DNA of 64,000 nt. Source: Elusimicrobiota bacterium. Lineage in GTDB: Bacteria > Elusimicrobiota > Elusimicrobia > UBA1565 > UBA9628. The notes under the pieces are model-generated. The model saw nothing but the letters and a program-made list of their open reading frames with translations, did no database searches and was not told where the DNA came from. The position numbers were made by a program, and so were the translations under genes. The stretch spans positions 2,350,723 to 2,414,722 of the forward strand of contig CP096137.1 in assembly GCA_023213235.1 (NCBI GenBank), given 5' to 3'. Of the stretch, positions 50,385-61,194 are shown piece by piece; position 1 is the stretch's first letter; the number at the start of each line of letters is the position of its first letter.

Positions 50385-50837
50385 TTACTTGGCGACGGCG
50401 GGAGCGTCTTTCTTGGCGGCCTTGGGAGCCTCGGCCTTGGGGGCCTCGGCCTTCTTGGTCTCGGCCTTGTGGGCCTCGGCCTTGGTGGACGCCTGCTCGG
50501 CCGCGGTCTGGCGGTCGTCGATGCGGGCGGACTTGCCGGTCAGGTCGCGGAGGTAGTAGAGGCGCGCGCGGCGGACCTTGCCCTCGCGCACGAGCTCGAT
50601 CTTCTCGATGTGGGGCGACGAGATCAGGAACGTGCGCTCGACGCCGACGCCGAAGGAGATCTTCCGGACGGTGAAGTTCTCGCTCGCGCCGCGGCCGCGG
50701 CGGACGATGACGGCGCCCTCGAACACCTGGACGCGCTCGCTCTCGCCTTCCTTGACCTTCATGTGCACCTTGACGGTGTCGCCGGGCCGGAACTCCGGCG
50801 CCTTCGACGTCTTCTTCTCTTCCATTGCAGCCATCAT
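50385..50837 (-). CDS. rplS: 50S ribosomal protein L19 with Ala/Lys/Glu tail
   Basis: [37 protein letters not shown]. Confidence 0.97.
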   Translation of the reverse strand: MMAAMEEKKTSKAPEFRPGDTVKVHMKVKEGESERVQVFEGAVIVRRGRGASENFTVRKISFGVGVERTFLISSPHIEKIELVREGKVRRARLYYLRDLTGKSARIDDRQTAAEQASTKAEAHKAETKKAEAPKAEAPKAAKKDAPAVAK

Positions 50838-50861
50838 ACGCTTCTCTCCTGACGTCTCTTG

Positions 50862-51532
50862 TTACGCCCGTTTGAGCAGATCGGGACGCTTGCGCTTGGT
50901 CGCGGTCTTGGCGGCGTCATGCCGCCATTCGGCGATTTTCGCGTGGTCGCCCGAGAACAGCACCTCGGGAACCTCGCGGCCGCGCCAAACTCGCGGCCGG
51001 GTGTACTGGGGAAATCGAGCAGGCCGGAAGCGAACGACTCCGATCCGGCCGCGTCTTCCTTCTTGAGCACGCCGGGAACGCGGCGCGCCACTGCATCCGC
51101 CACGAGCATAGCCGGGAGTTCGCCTCCCGTCAAGACGAAGTCACCGATCGATATCTCCTCGTCCATGAGAGGCGCCAGCCGTTCGTCGATGCCCTCATAA
51201 TGTCCGCACACGAGGATCAGGTGCTCTTCCTTCGCGAGTCTCGCCGCCGTCTTGTCGTTGAAGGTCTTCCCTTGCGGAGACAGGAGGATCGTCTTCGACT
51301 TTTTCTTCTTGATGCTCTCGATCGCCTTGCCCAGGGGCTCGGCCATCATCAGCATGCCGGGGCCGCCGCCGAACGGGCGGTCGTCCACCTTCTTGTGCTT
51401 GTCCAAGGCGTAGTCGCGCGGATTGACGCAGCCCCACGACACGAGCCCCTTCTCCTGGGCGCGCGCCATCATGCTCGCGTCCATGACGGACGGGAACATG
51501 CCGGGGAACAGCGTCACGAAGTCGATCCGCAT
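50862..51532 (-). CDS. trmD: tRNA (guanine-N1)-methyltransferase (frameshift in G-run ~51010)
   Basis: [33 protein letters not shown]; corrected PQYTRP..LFSGDH..RPDLL. Confidence 0.95.
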
Positions 51533-51765
51533 CAGTCGATGTCCACCTCGGCGCGGGTGCCGGCCTTCTGGTTCGCCACGCCGACGAGCGCGCGGATCGC
51601 CTTGATGACCTTGCCCTGCTTGCCGATGACCTTGCCCTTATCGTTCTCGTCGACGACGAGGTTCAGGAAGGTGGTATTGCCTTCCAGCTCCTCGTCGATC
51701 GACACCGCGTCCGGCTTGTCGGCCAGGCGCTTGGCGATGAAGAGAGTGAGGTCTTTCGCGAGCAT
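51532..51765 (-). CDS. khpA: KH-domain RNA-binding protein
   Basis: LADKPDAV, DKGKVIGKQG; directly after rpsP. Confidence 0.9.
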   Translation of the reverse strand: MLAKDLTLFIAKRLADKPDAVSIDEELEGNTTFLNLVVDENDKGKVIGKQGKVIKAIRALVGVANQKAGTRAEVDID

Positions 51766-51766
51766 G

Positions 51767-52024
51767 TTACTTGGCGGCGGCGGACTTGAACGCGGCCTTC
51801 ACGAGCGTCGCGACCGTGTCGGACGGCTGGGCGCCGACCTTGATCCAATACTCGTAGCGGTCCTTGTTGACCTCGACCTTCTTGCCCGCGATCTCGACGC
51901 GAGGGTTGTAGGAGCCGAGGACTTCGATCGGCTTGCCCGTCGCGCCGCGAGCCTTCTCGATGGCGACGACGCGGTAGTAGGGCTGGTGCGGCTTGCCTTT
52001 GCGCTGCAGTCTGATCACGACCAT
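51767..52024 (-). CDS. rpsP: 30S ribosomal protein S16
   Basis: MVVIRLQRKG..PYYRVV..GSYNP..GAQPSDTV. Confidence 0.97.
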   Translation of the reverse strand: MVVIRLQRKGKPHQPYYRVVAIEKARGATGKPIEVLGSYNPRVEIAGKKVEVNKDRYEYWIKVGAQPSDTVATLVKAAFKSAAAK

Positions 52025-52048
52025 TTCATTTCTCCGTTGCGACTGTGA

Positions 52049-52729
52049 CTACGATTGAACAGCGGCCCGAGCGTTCTTCTCGAGCTCCCGGAAAGCGGCG
52101 GCGGGGTCCTTGGCGGCGAACACGGCCGAGCCGGCGACGAGGCTGTCGGCCCCGGCGGCGGCGCACGTCGCGATGTTGGAGGCATTGACTCCACCATCGA
52201 CCTGAATCCAGCAGTCGAGCCGTTCGGCGTCGATTTTTCGACGAAGGGCTTCCACCTTCGGCATCTGATCGGCCATGAACTTCTGGCCCCCGAAGCCGGG
52301 TTCTACGGTCATCACGAGGGCCAGGTCGACATTTTCGATGGCGCCCAGAAGACCCTCCACATTCGTTTTCGGCTTCACCGCGAGGCCCGACTTAACGCCC
52401 ATCTTGCGGATCTGCTTCATGGCCTCCGCCGGGTTCTCCAAAACCTCTATGTGCGCCGTTAAAATATCCGTGCCCGCTTCCACGAACCACGGCGCGACCT
52501 GAAGGGGATTGGTCACCATCAGGTGGGTATCGACGTAGAAGCCCTTCTTTTTCGCAAGGCGAACGAAATCGGGACCGAAGCTGAGATTCGGAACGAAATG
52601 GCCGTCCATGACATCGACGGAAATCCAATGACAGCCCGCGGATTTGACGACCTCGAGTTGCTCGCCGAGGCGGGCGAGATCGCCGGCCAGCAACGACGGA
52701 ACAACGGCCAAGGTTTTAGCCACGATCAC
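52049..52729 (-). CDS. rpe: Ribulose-phosphate 3-epimerase
   Basis: DVMDGHFVPN, DTHLMV, MTVEPGFGGQKF, VDGG. Confidence 0.96.
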   Translation of the reverse strand: MIVAKTLAVVPSLLAGDLARLGEQLEVVKSAGCHWISVDVMDGHFVPNLSFGPDFVRLAKKKGFYVDTHLMVTNPLQVAPWFVEAGTDILTAHIEVLENPAEAMKQIRKMGVKSGLAVKPKTNVEGLLGAIENVDLALVMTVEPGFGGQKFMADQMPKVEALRRKIDAERLDCWIQVDGGVNASNIATCAAAGADSLVAGSAVFAAKDPAAAFRELEKNARAAVQS

Positions 52730-53681
52730 AAATCCCTTTCCTCGACCAATATTCCATTCATATAGATCTTCACGCGCGCGCCGCCCGTCTCCTGGACCGG
52801 CACCTCGATCTTGGTGCCCGGCTTTCGCACGCCGTTGAACAGCTCGCGCTCGCCGTACTTGTCGACGACGACGATGCGCACCTGGCTCTCGGAGCCGCTC
52901 TGCGGCAGCTCGTACTTGAAGGTCTTGGCGGCGACGGTCGGGGCGGCGCCCTTGCGGCCGGAGACGAGCAGGTGGACCTTGGCGCCGGGGGAGAGCACGG
53001 AGTCGGCGGCGGGCGTCTGCGTCAGCACGGTGCCGGCCGGGAACAGCGAGGTCGCGTCGGTCTTGATCTCGAGGCGGGCCTCGGCGCCGGCGGCCCAGGC
53101 CTGGGCCTCGTCGACGGTCTTGCGCAGGAAGTCCGGCATCAGCGCGACGCCCGCGGGCGGCGCGCCGCCGGAGACGACGAGGTTGACGAGCGCGTCGCGC
53201 TCGACGCTGGCCTCGGCCTTCGGGTCCTGCGAGAGCACCATGCCCTTGTCCTGCTTGAGCGAGTAGGACTCGCTGACCTCGCCGAGCGAAAGCTGCGACT
53301 GGCGCAGCATCATTTCGGCGTTGCGCAGCGGCAGGCCGACGACGGCCGGAGCGAGGACGGTCTGGCCGCCCTGGCTGACGACGACGCGCACGGTCTTGCC
53401 CTCGCGCACGACGGTGCCGGCGGGCGGATCCTGGCGCAGCACCGAGGAGATCGGCACGGCCGCGTCGAACTCGACGCCCGTCTTGCGCAGGCCGATGTTC
53501 AGGGGGCGAGCTGATCCAGGGCGGCCGCGATCGACCGGCCCTTGAGGTCGGGCACGGTCTGCAGCTTGCGCGAGTGGATGACGCCCTCCAACGCCCAGTT
53601 CATGATGAAATAGGCGAAGACGAGGAAGGCCGCGGCGACGGCGGCGTACTCGAGCGTGCGGGTTTCGGTTCTGGCGGTCAA
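52726..53681 (-). CDS. Membrane-anchored triple PASTA-domain protein (frameshift ~53504)
   Basis: TM, then VPDLKG, VLRQDPPAG, VLSQDPKA, MPDF..VLTQTPAA. Confidence 0.85.
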
Positions 53682-53702
53682 AATGATTAAAGGCGCCCGT
53701 CT

Positions 53703-54638
53703 TTACAACGGCAAAAAGCCGCCGACGGCCAGGCGCAGGCCGTTGACGAATTCAGCAGCGTTGAGCGGCTTTTTCCCTCGGGCTGTACTTCGAGGAACCA
53801 CAGACGACTGCAGGACCCACATTGTACCAAAACACCCCTGCCCCGTTCAACGGCCAGGAGGGCTCCGGGAGCGTCTTTCGTCGTCGGGTCGGACGGCCCG
53901 GGGAGGGCCGATTTGAGGACCAAAACGGAGCCGTTGGCCAGCTTCAGGGTGGCGCGCGGCCAAGACCGGAATCCGCGGATCAGATTGTGGATCTCGGCCG
54001 CGTCTTTCGACAGGTCGATGGCCGCGTCCTCGCGCTTGATGAGCGGAGCCATGGAGGGGCGCCTTCCTGGGGAGGCGGACGACCTTGCCGACCGAGAGGT
54101 CGCCGATCACGGCCTCCAGCCGGCCGACGCCGAACGCGGTCAGGCGGGCGAGCAGGGCCGGAGCGTCCTCGTCGGGGCCGACGGAGGTCTCGGTCATGTC
54201 CTGGACGGGCCCGGTGTCCATGCCCTCGTCGAGCCAGAACAGGGAGACGCCGGTCTTCGTCTCGCCTTTGACCAGCGCCCACTGCACGGGCGCGGCGCCG
54301 CGGTACTTGGGCAGGAGGGAGAAGTGGGCGTTGAGCAGGCCGAGGCGGGTCGAGGTCAGGACGTCGGCCTTGAGGATGCGCCCGTACGCGACCACCACGC
54401 CGAAGTCCGCGCCGAGCGCCTTGAGCTCGGCGGCGATCTCCGACGGCCTGGCCGGCTGGAGGACCTTCAGGCCGAGCTCGAGCGCGGCCTTCTTGACCGG
54501 CGTCGACGAGACCTCGAGCCCGCGGCCGGAGGGCTTGTCGGGCTGGGAGACGACGGCCAGGACCTCGGTCCGCTTCGCCAACAGGCGCAAGAACGGCACG
54601 GCGGTCTCGGGCGTCCCGAAGAAGATCGTTTTGAGCAC
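53703..54638 (-). CDS. fmt: Methionyl-tRNA formyltransferase (frameshifts ~54065, ~53772)
   Basis: FFGTPE, QPDKPSGRG, VAYGRIL, NAHFSLLPKYRGAAP, MDTGP; corrected end VQPEGKK. Confidence 0.93.
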
Positions 54639-54641
54639 GCG

Positions 54642-55154
54642 CTAGTCCCAGTTCGGCCGCGCCGTCTTGATCGCGTCGAGGACCTTGAGCTTGTCCTCGA
54701 ACTCGAGACGGTCGACGAAGAGCTTGCCGTCGAGGTGGTCGATCTCGTGCTGGAAGGCGCGCGCGAGCAGGCCCTCGCCGGACAACTCGCGCGAGACGCC
54801 GTTCTCGTCGAGCGCGCGAACGCGGGCGCGCGCGCGGCGGCGCAGCTTGTGGTAGACGCCGGGCAAGGACAGGCAGCCCTCCTCGTCGTTGAGCTCGCCG
54901 TCGAGCGAGACGATCTCCGGGTTGATGAGCACGAGGCGCTGGGACTTTCCGTCGGGGCGCACGTCGATGACGCACAGGCGCATCGACAGCCCGATCTGCG
55001 GCGCCGCGAGGCCGACGCCGCGCGCGGCCTGCATCGTCGCCCACATGTCTTTGAGCAGGGCCGGCAGCTCGCCCTTGATCGCCTCGTAGTCGAGCGGCGG
55101 GCAGGCGGTCTTCAAGACCTTTTCGCCGTGCTTCGTGACGCGCCGGACGGGCAT
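54642..55154 (-). CDS. def: Peptide deformylase
   Basis: GVGLAAPQIG, EGCLS, QHEIDHLDG. Confidence 0.97.
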   Translation of the reverse strand: MPVRRVTKHGEKVLKTACPPLDYEAIKGELPALLKDMWATMQAARGVGLAAPQIGLSMRLCVIDVRPDGKSQRLVLINPEIVSLDGELNDEEGCLSLPGVYHKLRRRARARVRALDENGVSRELSGEGLLARAFQHEIDHLDGKLFVDRLEFEDKLKVLDAIKTARPNWD

Positions 55155-55155
55155 G

Positions 55156-57138
55156 CTACAAATCGACGGCGTGCTCGACGCCGGGGCCGAGGATGCGGAA
55201 GCGCACGCTCTGCTTGTTGGTCTGCATCGAGCCCCACGTCATCGCGAGGCGCTCGAGCTGGGCGTCGGTGGAGAGCTTGGCGGAGACGCCGAAGACGACC
55301 TCGGTCGCGCCGACGGCCTGCGCGGCCTGGGAGATCGCGTAGAAGGGCTCGTTCGACACGACGAGCATCGGCGTGACGGTCTTGCCGTGCTTCTCGGCGG
55401 CCTCGATGACCTTGGTGAACAGCCGCTCCTCCTCGGCGTCCATCGAGACGGTCTCCTCGACGAGGCCGAGGCCCTTTCGGATGCGCGAGGTGAAGACGAC
55501 GAGGTCGGTCGTCTCGGAATCGTGGGACTCGAGCGCCTTGTTGAGGTGGTAGAGGTTCCCGGGGTCGCGCACGGCCACCAGCACGCGGTTCGGGCGCTCG
55601 ATCTCGTCCTTGACGATCGCCAGGTCGGTCGCGCTGCGCAGGTTGAACTTCTCCGTGTGCTCGCCGTGCGCGCGCTCCCGCTTGTTGAGGCGCTCGCTGA
55701 TCATGAACAGCGCGAAGAAGAAGCCCGTGAACGCGGCGCCGGAGATCGTGGCGACCTTCTTCGTGAGCAGGTTCACGATGCCGACGGAGAGCAGCAGCAG
55801 GAACAGCAGGGCCAGGCCGACGGGCAGCTCGCGGCCGCCGCCGAGAGGGACGTTGAAGGGAACCTTCCAGTCGCGCTTGATCTTCTGGAAGCGCAGGACG
55901 AGCACCGCGCCCGCGTTGAACACGAAGCTCCAGATCACGCCGAACGCGTACGCCTCGCCGAGCAGGTACACGTCGCCGCGGCACAGGACGATCGTCAGCG
56001 CCTGCATGAGCACGACGAGGTTGATCATGCGGTAGGTCGTGCCGAACTTGGGGTGCAGGTGGCGCAGGCGCTCCGGCATGATCCCGTCTTCGGCGAGGCG
56101 GTTCAAGACGCCGTTGGCGCCGAGGATGGACGTGTTGACCGCGCCGGAGAGGATCACGACGCCGACGAGCACGACGCAGGCCTGCAGGATCAGTTGCGCC
56201 CAGTGCGGGCCCGCCATCGACATCGCCAGGCCGGAGAGGAGGTTGTCGGCGTACGTCTTGCGCACGTCGTCGGGGATCAGACCGACGGCGAGGAAGGACA
56301 CGGTGCCCGTCAGCGCGAGCGCGGAGAAGAAGATGACCGCGGAGGCCCGCTTGAGGTTCTTGAGCTTGGGCGCCTCCATCTCGCGGTACACCTGCGCGAG
56401 CGTCTCGAGGCCGCTCATCCCGAGGAAGGCGTGGCCGAGCGCGACGAGCAGGCCGAGCTTCCCGAGAGACAGCCCCTCCGGGAACCACCCCAGCGACTCG
56501 TGCGTGAAGGTCAGCTGCGTCGTCGGCCAGCGGAAGCCGCGCAGCCAGATCGTGTACCCGGCCCAGGCGAAGGTGACGGCGGCCATGACGCCGACGAGCG
56601 TCATGATCTTGATCGCCTTGTCGGAGGACTCCTCGATGCCGCGGATGTTCTCGCGCCAGAAGTAGGCGACGACCAGCAGCGCGAAGACGACCGCGAAATG
56701 GTGAGGGTCGACGGTCCAGTGGATGTGCAGGCGCGGCAGGGCGGAGTTGAGCAGGCCCGCGAGGTACTGGCCGCCGGACACCGCGCTGATCGCGCCGGTG
56801 AGCACGTAGTCGAACATCAGCGCCGAGACGGAGATCTTGGCGAGCGTGCCGCCCATCGCCTCGCGCACGACCTTGTAGACGCCGCCGCGCACGAACATCG
56901 CCGAGCCCTCGACGTAGAGCATCAGCACGGGCGCCGCGCAGAGCAGCACGCCCAGGATGAACCACGGGGCCGCCGGCCCGATCGCGGTCTCGGCGATGCC
57001 GCCGATGTACCAGGCGGTCGAGGCCATGTCGCACAGCACGATCGCGGCGGCGCGGCCGAAGGAGATGAACGACAGCATGGCCGTCGTCAGGACCACGACC
57101 TCGGTGACGCGGCGCCCGGGGCGCGGCTCAGGCTTCAA
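55156..57138 (-). CDS. APC family transporter with C-terminal USP-like domain (KimA/YdaO-like architecture)
   Basis: About 12 TMs; GGVY, DYVLTGAISAV, SGLETLAQ, YAFGV; cytosolic VLVAVRDP..EVVFG. Confidence 0.85.
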   Translation of the reverse strand: MKPEPRPGRRVTEVVVLTTAMLSFISFGRAAAIVLCDMASTAWYIGGIAETAIGPAAPWFILGVLLCAAPVLMLYVEGSAMFVRGGVYKVVREAMGGTLAKISVSALMFDYVLTGAISAVSGGQYLAGLLNSALPRLHIHWTVDPHHFAVVFALLVVAYFWRENIRGIEESSDKAIKIMTLVGVMAAVTFAWAGYTIWLRGFRWPTTQLTFTHESLGWFPEGLSLGKLGLLVALGHAFLGMSGLETLAQVYREMEAPKLKNLKRASAVIFFSALALTGTVSFLAVGLIPDDVRKTYADNLLSGLAMSMAGPHWAQLILQACVVLVGVVILSGAVNTSILGANGVLNRLAEDGIMPERLRHLHPKFGTTYRMINLVVLMQALTIVLCRGDVYLLGEAYAFGVIWSFVFNAGAVLVLRFQKIKRDWKVPFNVPLGGGRELPVGLALLFLLLLSVGIVNLLTKKVATISGAAFTGFFFALFMISERLNKRERAHGEHTEKFNLRSATDLAIVKDEIERPNRVLVAVRDPGNLYHLNKALESHDSETTDLVVFTSRIRKGLGLVEETVSMDAEEERLFTKVIEAAEKHGKTVTPMLVVSNEPFYAISQAAQAVGATEVVFGVSAKLSTDAQLERLAMTWGSMQTNKQSVRFRILGPGVEHAVDL

Positions 57139-57663
57139 GCTTTTGACCAGCTCGAGGGCGGCGGCGGGGAGGAGGCCGCGGCGAGCTGGTCGATGAGGGC
57201 CGGCTGGAACAGCGACGAGACTCCGCGCAGGAGCTGGAGATGCAGGGCGAACGCCTCCTGCTTGTTCGGCGAGAAGAAGAGGAACATCACGCGGATCGAG
57301 AGATCGGCCTGCTTGGGGTCGGGGATCGGCTTCTTGAGGATCGCCATGCCGGCCAGAATGTTCGAGATGCCGTCCATGCGCGCGTGCGGGAGCGACAAAC
57401 CGGTGTCGAGCGTCGTCGAGATGCCCGTCTCACGCTCCTGGACCTTCGCGAGGAAGGGGCGCTGTCGCCGATGCCGGCCTTCGCGCAGACGGCGGCGGCC
57501 AGCGCCTGCAGGACGGCGGCCTTGTCGAGGCCCTCGGCCGGGAAGACGATCGTGTCGGGGAGAGCAACGAGGACACCTTCAGGCCCTTTGCCGCGCGGGA
57601 CGGAGGCGTGGTCTTGGGCGCGTCAGCGGAGGCGTCGGGGGTCTTTTTCTGGAACCAGGACAT
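57135..57663 (-). CDS. PTS EIIA (Ntr/Fru-type) domain, probably fused to the downstream APC transporter (several frameshifts)
   Basis: DKAAVLQAL, VQERETGISTTLDTGLSLPHAR (phospho-His motif), FLFFSP..HLQLL; TACCCT-6 nt-ATG. Confidence 0.8.
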
Positions 57664-57729
57664 AAAAGGAGGGTAAGGCGTATTAAAGCACGAAACCTGG
57701 TGGGTGTCAAATGGGGTAGAATCGGGCCC

Positions 57730-59576
57730 GTGATCGCCGCCGCGGCCGTCTTTTTCGCCCTGCTTTTCATCCAGTGCCGGGGGTTCCTCGGCGCTTTGGC
57801 CGCGCGCCCGTCCTCCGTCGACAAAACGTCGGTTTTCCTGTGGCTGACGGCCGGTTTTCTGCCCCTCGCCGGAGCCGCCGCCCTCTGGCTCGCCGGCTGG
57901 GGCCTCGGCCGCCGCCTCAAGTCCTCCGGAATCGAGGCCGCCTCCCTGGGCCTCGGCCTCCTCGCCCAGGCCGTCTTCCTTCTAGCCTGGGCCGGCGCCC
58001 TGAATCCGGTCGTCCTGGGTCTCCTGGCTTTGGCGTCCGTCCTCCCGTTGCGGCATTATCGAGGCGACCTCATCCCCGAGAACAACGCAACAACGGGAGG
58101 GCAGGCGCCAATTTTCGGCGTCGCCGCGGGGCTGCTCGCGTGGGCGGGGTTCACGGCGCTGATCACGGCGCTGGCGCCGCCCGTGGGGTGGGACGAGCGG
58201 GCGTATCATCTGGCGCTGCCGGAGATCTACCTGAAGGCCGGGCGGCTCGTCGACCTGCCGTGGATGATCCACTCGCATTGGCCGCGGCTGATGGAGGTGT
58301 TTTACTCCGTCCCGTTGGCGGCCGGATCGGACTCGGGGGCGGCGCTGATCTCGCTCGGCGCGGCCGGGCTCCTGGTCGCCGCGACCGCGTCGGCGGCGGG
58401 GGAGGGGCCGCGTCGTGGGCGGCGGCGCTCGCGCTCGCCGGCCAGCCGGCGCTGCGGCGCATCGCCTCGGGCGCGCACGCCGACGCGGCGGCGGCCCTGT
58501 TCGTGTTCTGCGCCGCCGCGGCGCTGGCGCGCCACGAGGAGAAGAAGGACGACGGCGCCCTCGCCGTCGCCGGCATCCTCGCGGGACTCTCGGCGTCGGC
58601 CAAGATGCTGGGCGTGGCCGCCGTGGGCGCCTGGGGCCTCGTTCTTCTCTACCGGACGCGCCGCGCCCGCGAGGCGCTGATCTTCGGCGCCTGCGCGGCG
58701 GCGATGGTCGGGCCGTGGCTGCTCTCGACCTGGATCGCGACGGGCGATCCCGTGTGGCCGTTCCTGCGTCTCGACGCCGAGTCCGGCGCGCTCGCCGCGC
58801 GCTACCTGCGCTCGAACCGATGGGACTTTCCGCCCAAGCCCGGCTTCTTTCTGCACGACGGACCCGGCTTTCTCCTGATTCCCGTCCTCGCCTTGCTCGC
58901 GCTCACGCGACCGGGAAAACCCGGTCGCGTCGAGCGCTGGCTGTGGTGGACGGCGCCCGCGTACGCGGTCCTCGCGTGGCGGCACAACGAGGGCTGGCGT
59001 TTCTTCATGCCGGTGTGGCCCGCCTTCGCGCTCGCCGCCGGGCGCGGCGCGCGCGCGGCCTTCGCCGCCGGCGGCGCGCGGCGCTGGGCTGCGGGCGCGC
59101 TGATCCTCGCGGCGGCCTCGCCGCTCGCCGCCGACGGGCCCAACAACGCCCTGTTCGCCGTCGTCGCGCCGCGCCCGTCGTCGGCGCCGGCCGCCGACCG
59201 GCGCGCGCTCTTCGAGGAGCGGTCGGTCGACGTCGCCGCCTTCTACCGCGAGGCGCGAGGCGTCCTGCCGCCGGGCGCCAAGGTCCTCCTGTTCCGCGAG
59301 ACGCGCGGTTACGGCGCGGGATTCGACTACGCCTGGGGCGACCCGGTCAACCAGATCCGGGTCGACTACCGCCGCCTCTCGAGCCCCGACGAGCTGCTCG
59401 CGCGCCTGAAGGCGCTCGGGTTCACCCACGTGCTCGACCACCCGTCCTCGCACCTGTATCAGGAAGACCCAGGCTACTACGACGCGCGCACGATCGGCCT
59501 GATGGGCGCCGCGCTCATGCGCGGAGCGCGCTCCGCGCACGCGCGCGCGGGCATCGCCTTGTATGAGCTCGAATAG
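57730..59576 (+). CDS. GT-C (ArnT/PMT-like) membrane glycosyltransferase (frameshift ~58400)
   Basis: TAGAAT-7 nt-GTG; PPVGWDERAYHLALP, AGLSASAKM, TGDPVWP, RFFMP. Confidence 0.8.
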
Positions 59577-61194
59577 GATCGCGGCCGTCCTGCTCGCGCT
59601 GTTCGCGTTTCTGCTCTGGGGCCTGAGCGTGCGCGTCGGCGTCACCTACGACGAGCCGCCGTACGCGGCCGTCTCGTCGCTGTACCGCGCGGGAAATCCG
59701 GGAAGTCTCGCCCGCGAGTACCCGCCGCTGCCGTCGTACGCGCGCGCGCTGGCGCTGTCGCCGCTCACGCCCGTCCTGCCGTCCGCGCCCGCGGGGCAGG
59801 AGAAGACGAGCTTCAGCCCGCACCAGTGGGGCCAGCTGTTCCTTTTCCGAAACTCGGCGCCGGCGCGCGACTTGATCCGAGCCGCGCGCTTGCCGTCCGT
59901 CCTCGCGTCTTTGCTGCTCGGCCTGCTCGTCTTCCTGTGGGGCGGAGCGGCCGCGCTCGCGTTCTTGATCCTCGAGCCGAACACGCTCGCGCACGGCGCG
60001 CTGGCCACCGTGGACGTCTTCGCCGTCGCGTTCTCCGTCGCCGCGCTGTGGTTCTGGTCGCGCTTTCTCGAAAAGGGAAGCAGCGCGACGCCTGGCTCGC
60101 CGGCGCCGCCGCCGGCGCCGCGATCGCGAGCAAGGCGACGGGCGTCGGCCTCTTGCCCGCGCTCGCGCTGGCGCTCGTCTGGTCGAGGGGGAGAATCTCT
60201 CCGCGAAGGACGCACCCGGCCTCGCCCGCGCCGTCCTGGCCGCGCTCGCCGTCGCCGTCGCCTTCTACGCGCCGACCGGCGCCGGCGGCTTCCTCGCCAT
60301 GCTCGCCTTCCGCTCGCGCCAGATGAGCGAGCCCAGCCCCGCCTGGTTCTTCGGCGCGGCTTACCCGCAGGGCCATCCTCTTTATTATCCGGGTCTCCTG
60401 CTCGTGAAGACATCCCTGCCCCTGCTCGCGCTGGCCCTGTACGGCGCCCGGCGCCTCGCGAAGGAGCGTCCCGCCGCGCTCAAGACCGCCGCCTCCGCGC
60501 TGATCGTCCTGCTCGGGGCCGCGTTGCTCGGCAAGCGCCAGATGGGCGTACGCCACGTCCTGCTCGTCTATCCGTTGCTGTGCCTCGCCGCCGGGACGGC
60601 CGCCATGGCGTTATGGAAGCGCGGAGGACGGGCCCGCCTCGCGGCGGCGGGATTGTTCCTCTGGCACGGAGCGTCGTCGCTGAACGCGTACCCGCATTCG
60701 CTCGCCTACATGAACGAATTGGCGGGGGGCCTTCAAAAACGGTCGGCGTGCTGGGAGATTCGAATCTCGACTGGGGCCAGGCCCTCCCCGATCTCGCGGA
60801 TTTTTTGAAAGAGAATCCGGGCGGGCTCATCCTGTCGTACTTCGGACAGGACTGCGCCTCGGCATACGGCATTAATTTCCAGGATGCGTTTTCGACGCCG
60901 GCGCCGTGCCCGGGCATTTCGAGCCGGCTGGCGCCGGACGAGAAACGCGAATGGCTCGCGGTCGGAGCGACGAAATGGCAAGGGTTCTACGAGAGCGGTC
61001 CTCCTTCCTGGGGCTGGCTCCGCGGCCGAAGGCCGCAAGCCGTTTTGGCGCATTCGATGTTGGTGTACGACATCACGAACGACGTCGAGGCGCACGAGGA
61101 ACTGTCACGAATGTACGGGAAGGCCGGCTGGAACGTGGAAGAAGACCGCGAGCGAAAGCGAGCGAACTTGTTAAAGAGTAGAATGCCGAAATGA
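59563..61194 (+). CDS. GT-C (PMT_2-like) membrane glycosyltransferase (several frameshifts)
   Basis: TYDEP, EYPPL, EPNTLAHGALATVD, GVRHVL, YPHSLAYMNEL, DSNLDWGQ. Confidence 0.82.
   Translation: MSSNRIAAVLLALFAFLLWGLSVRVGVTYDEPPYAAVSSLYRAGNPGSLAREYPPLPSYARALALSPLTPVLPSAPAGQEKTSFSPHQWGQLFLFRNSAPARDLIRAARLPSVLASLLLGLLVFLWGGAAALAFLILEPNTLAHGALATVDVFAVAFSVAALWFWSRFLEKGSSATPGSPAPPPAPRSRARRRASASCPRSRWRSSGRGGESLREGRTRPRPRRPGRARRRRRLLRADRRRRLPRHARLPLAPDERAQPRLVLRRGLPAGPSSLLSGSPAREDIPAPARAGPVRRPAPREGASRRAQDRRLRADRPARGRVARQAPDGRTPRPARLSVAVPRRRDGRHGVMEARRTGPPRGGGIVPLARSVVAERVPAFARLHERIGGGPSKTVGVLGDSNLDWGQALPDLADFLKENPGGLILSYFGQDCASAYGINFQDAFSTPAPCPGISSRLAPDEKREWLAVGATKWQGFYESGPPSWGWLRGRRPQAVLAHSMLVYDITNDVEAHEELSRMYGKAGWNVEEDRERKRANLLKSRMPK

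Noticed and set aside
50385-50500. KAEAPK-type repeats in the L19 tail
   Set aside because: Low-complexity Ala/Lys/Glu extensions are common on ribosomal proteins
55135-57729. 5' part of the 1181-aa plus-strand ORF 55135..58680
   Set aside because: Antisense to the APC/EIIA gene; only the part from GTG 57730 looks like real coding sequence (GT-C)
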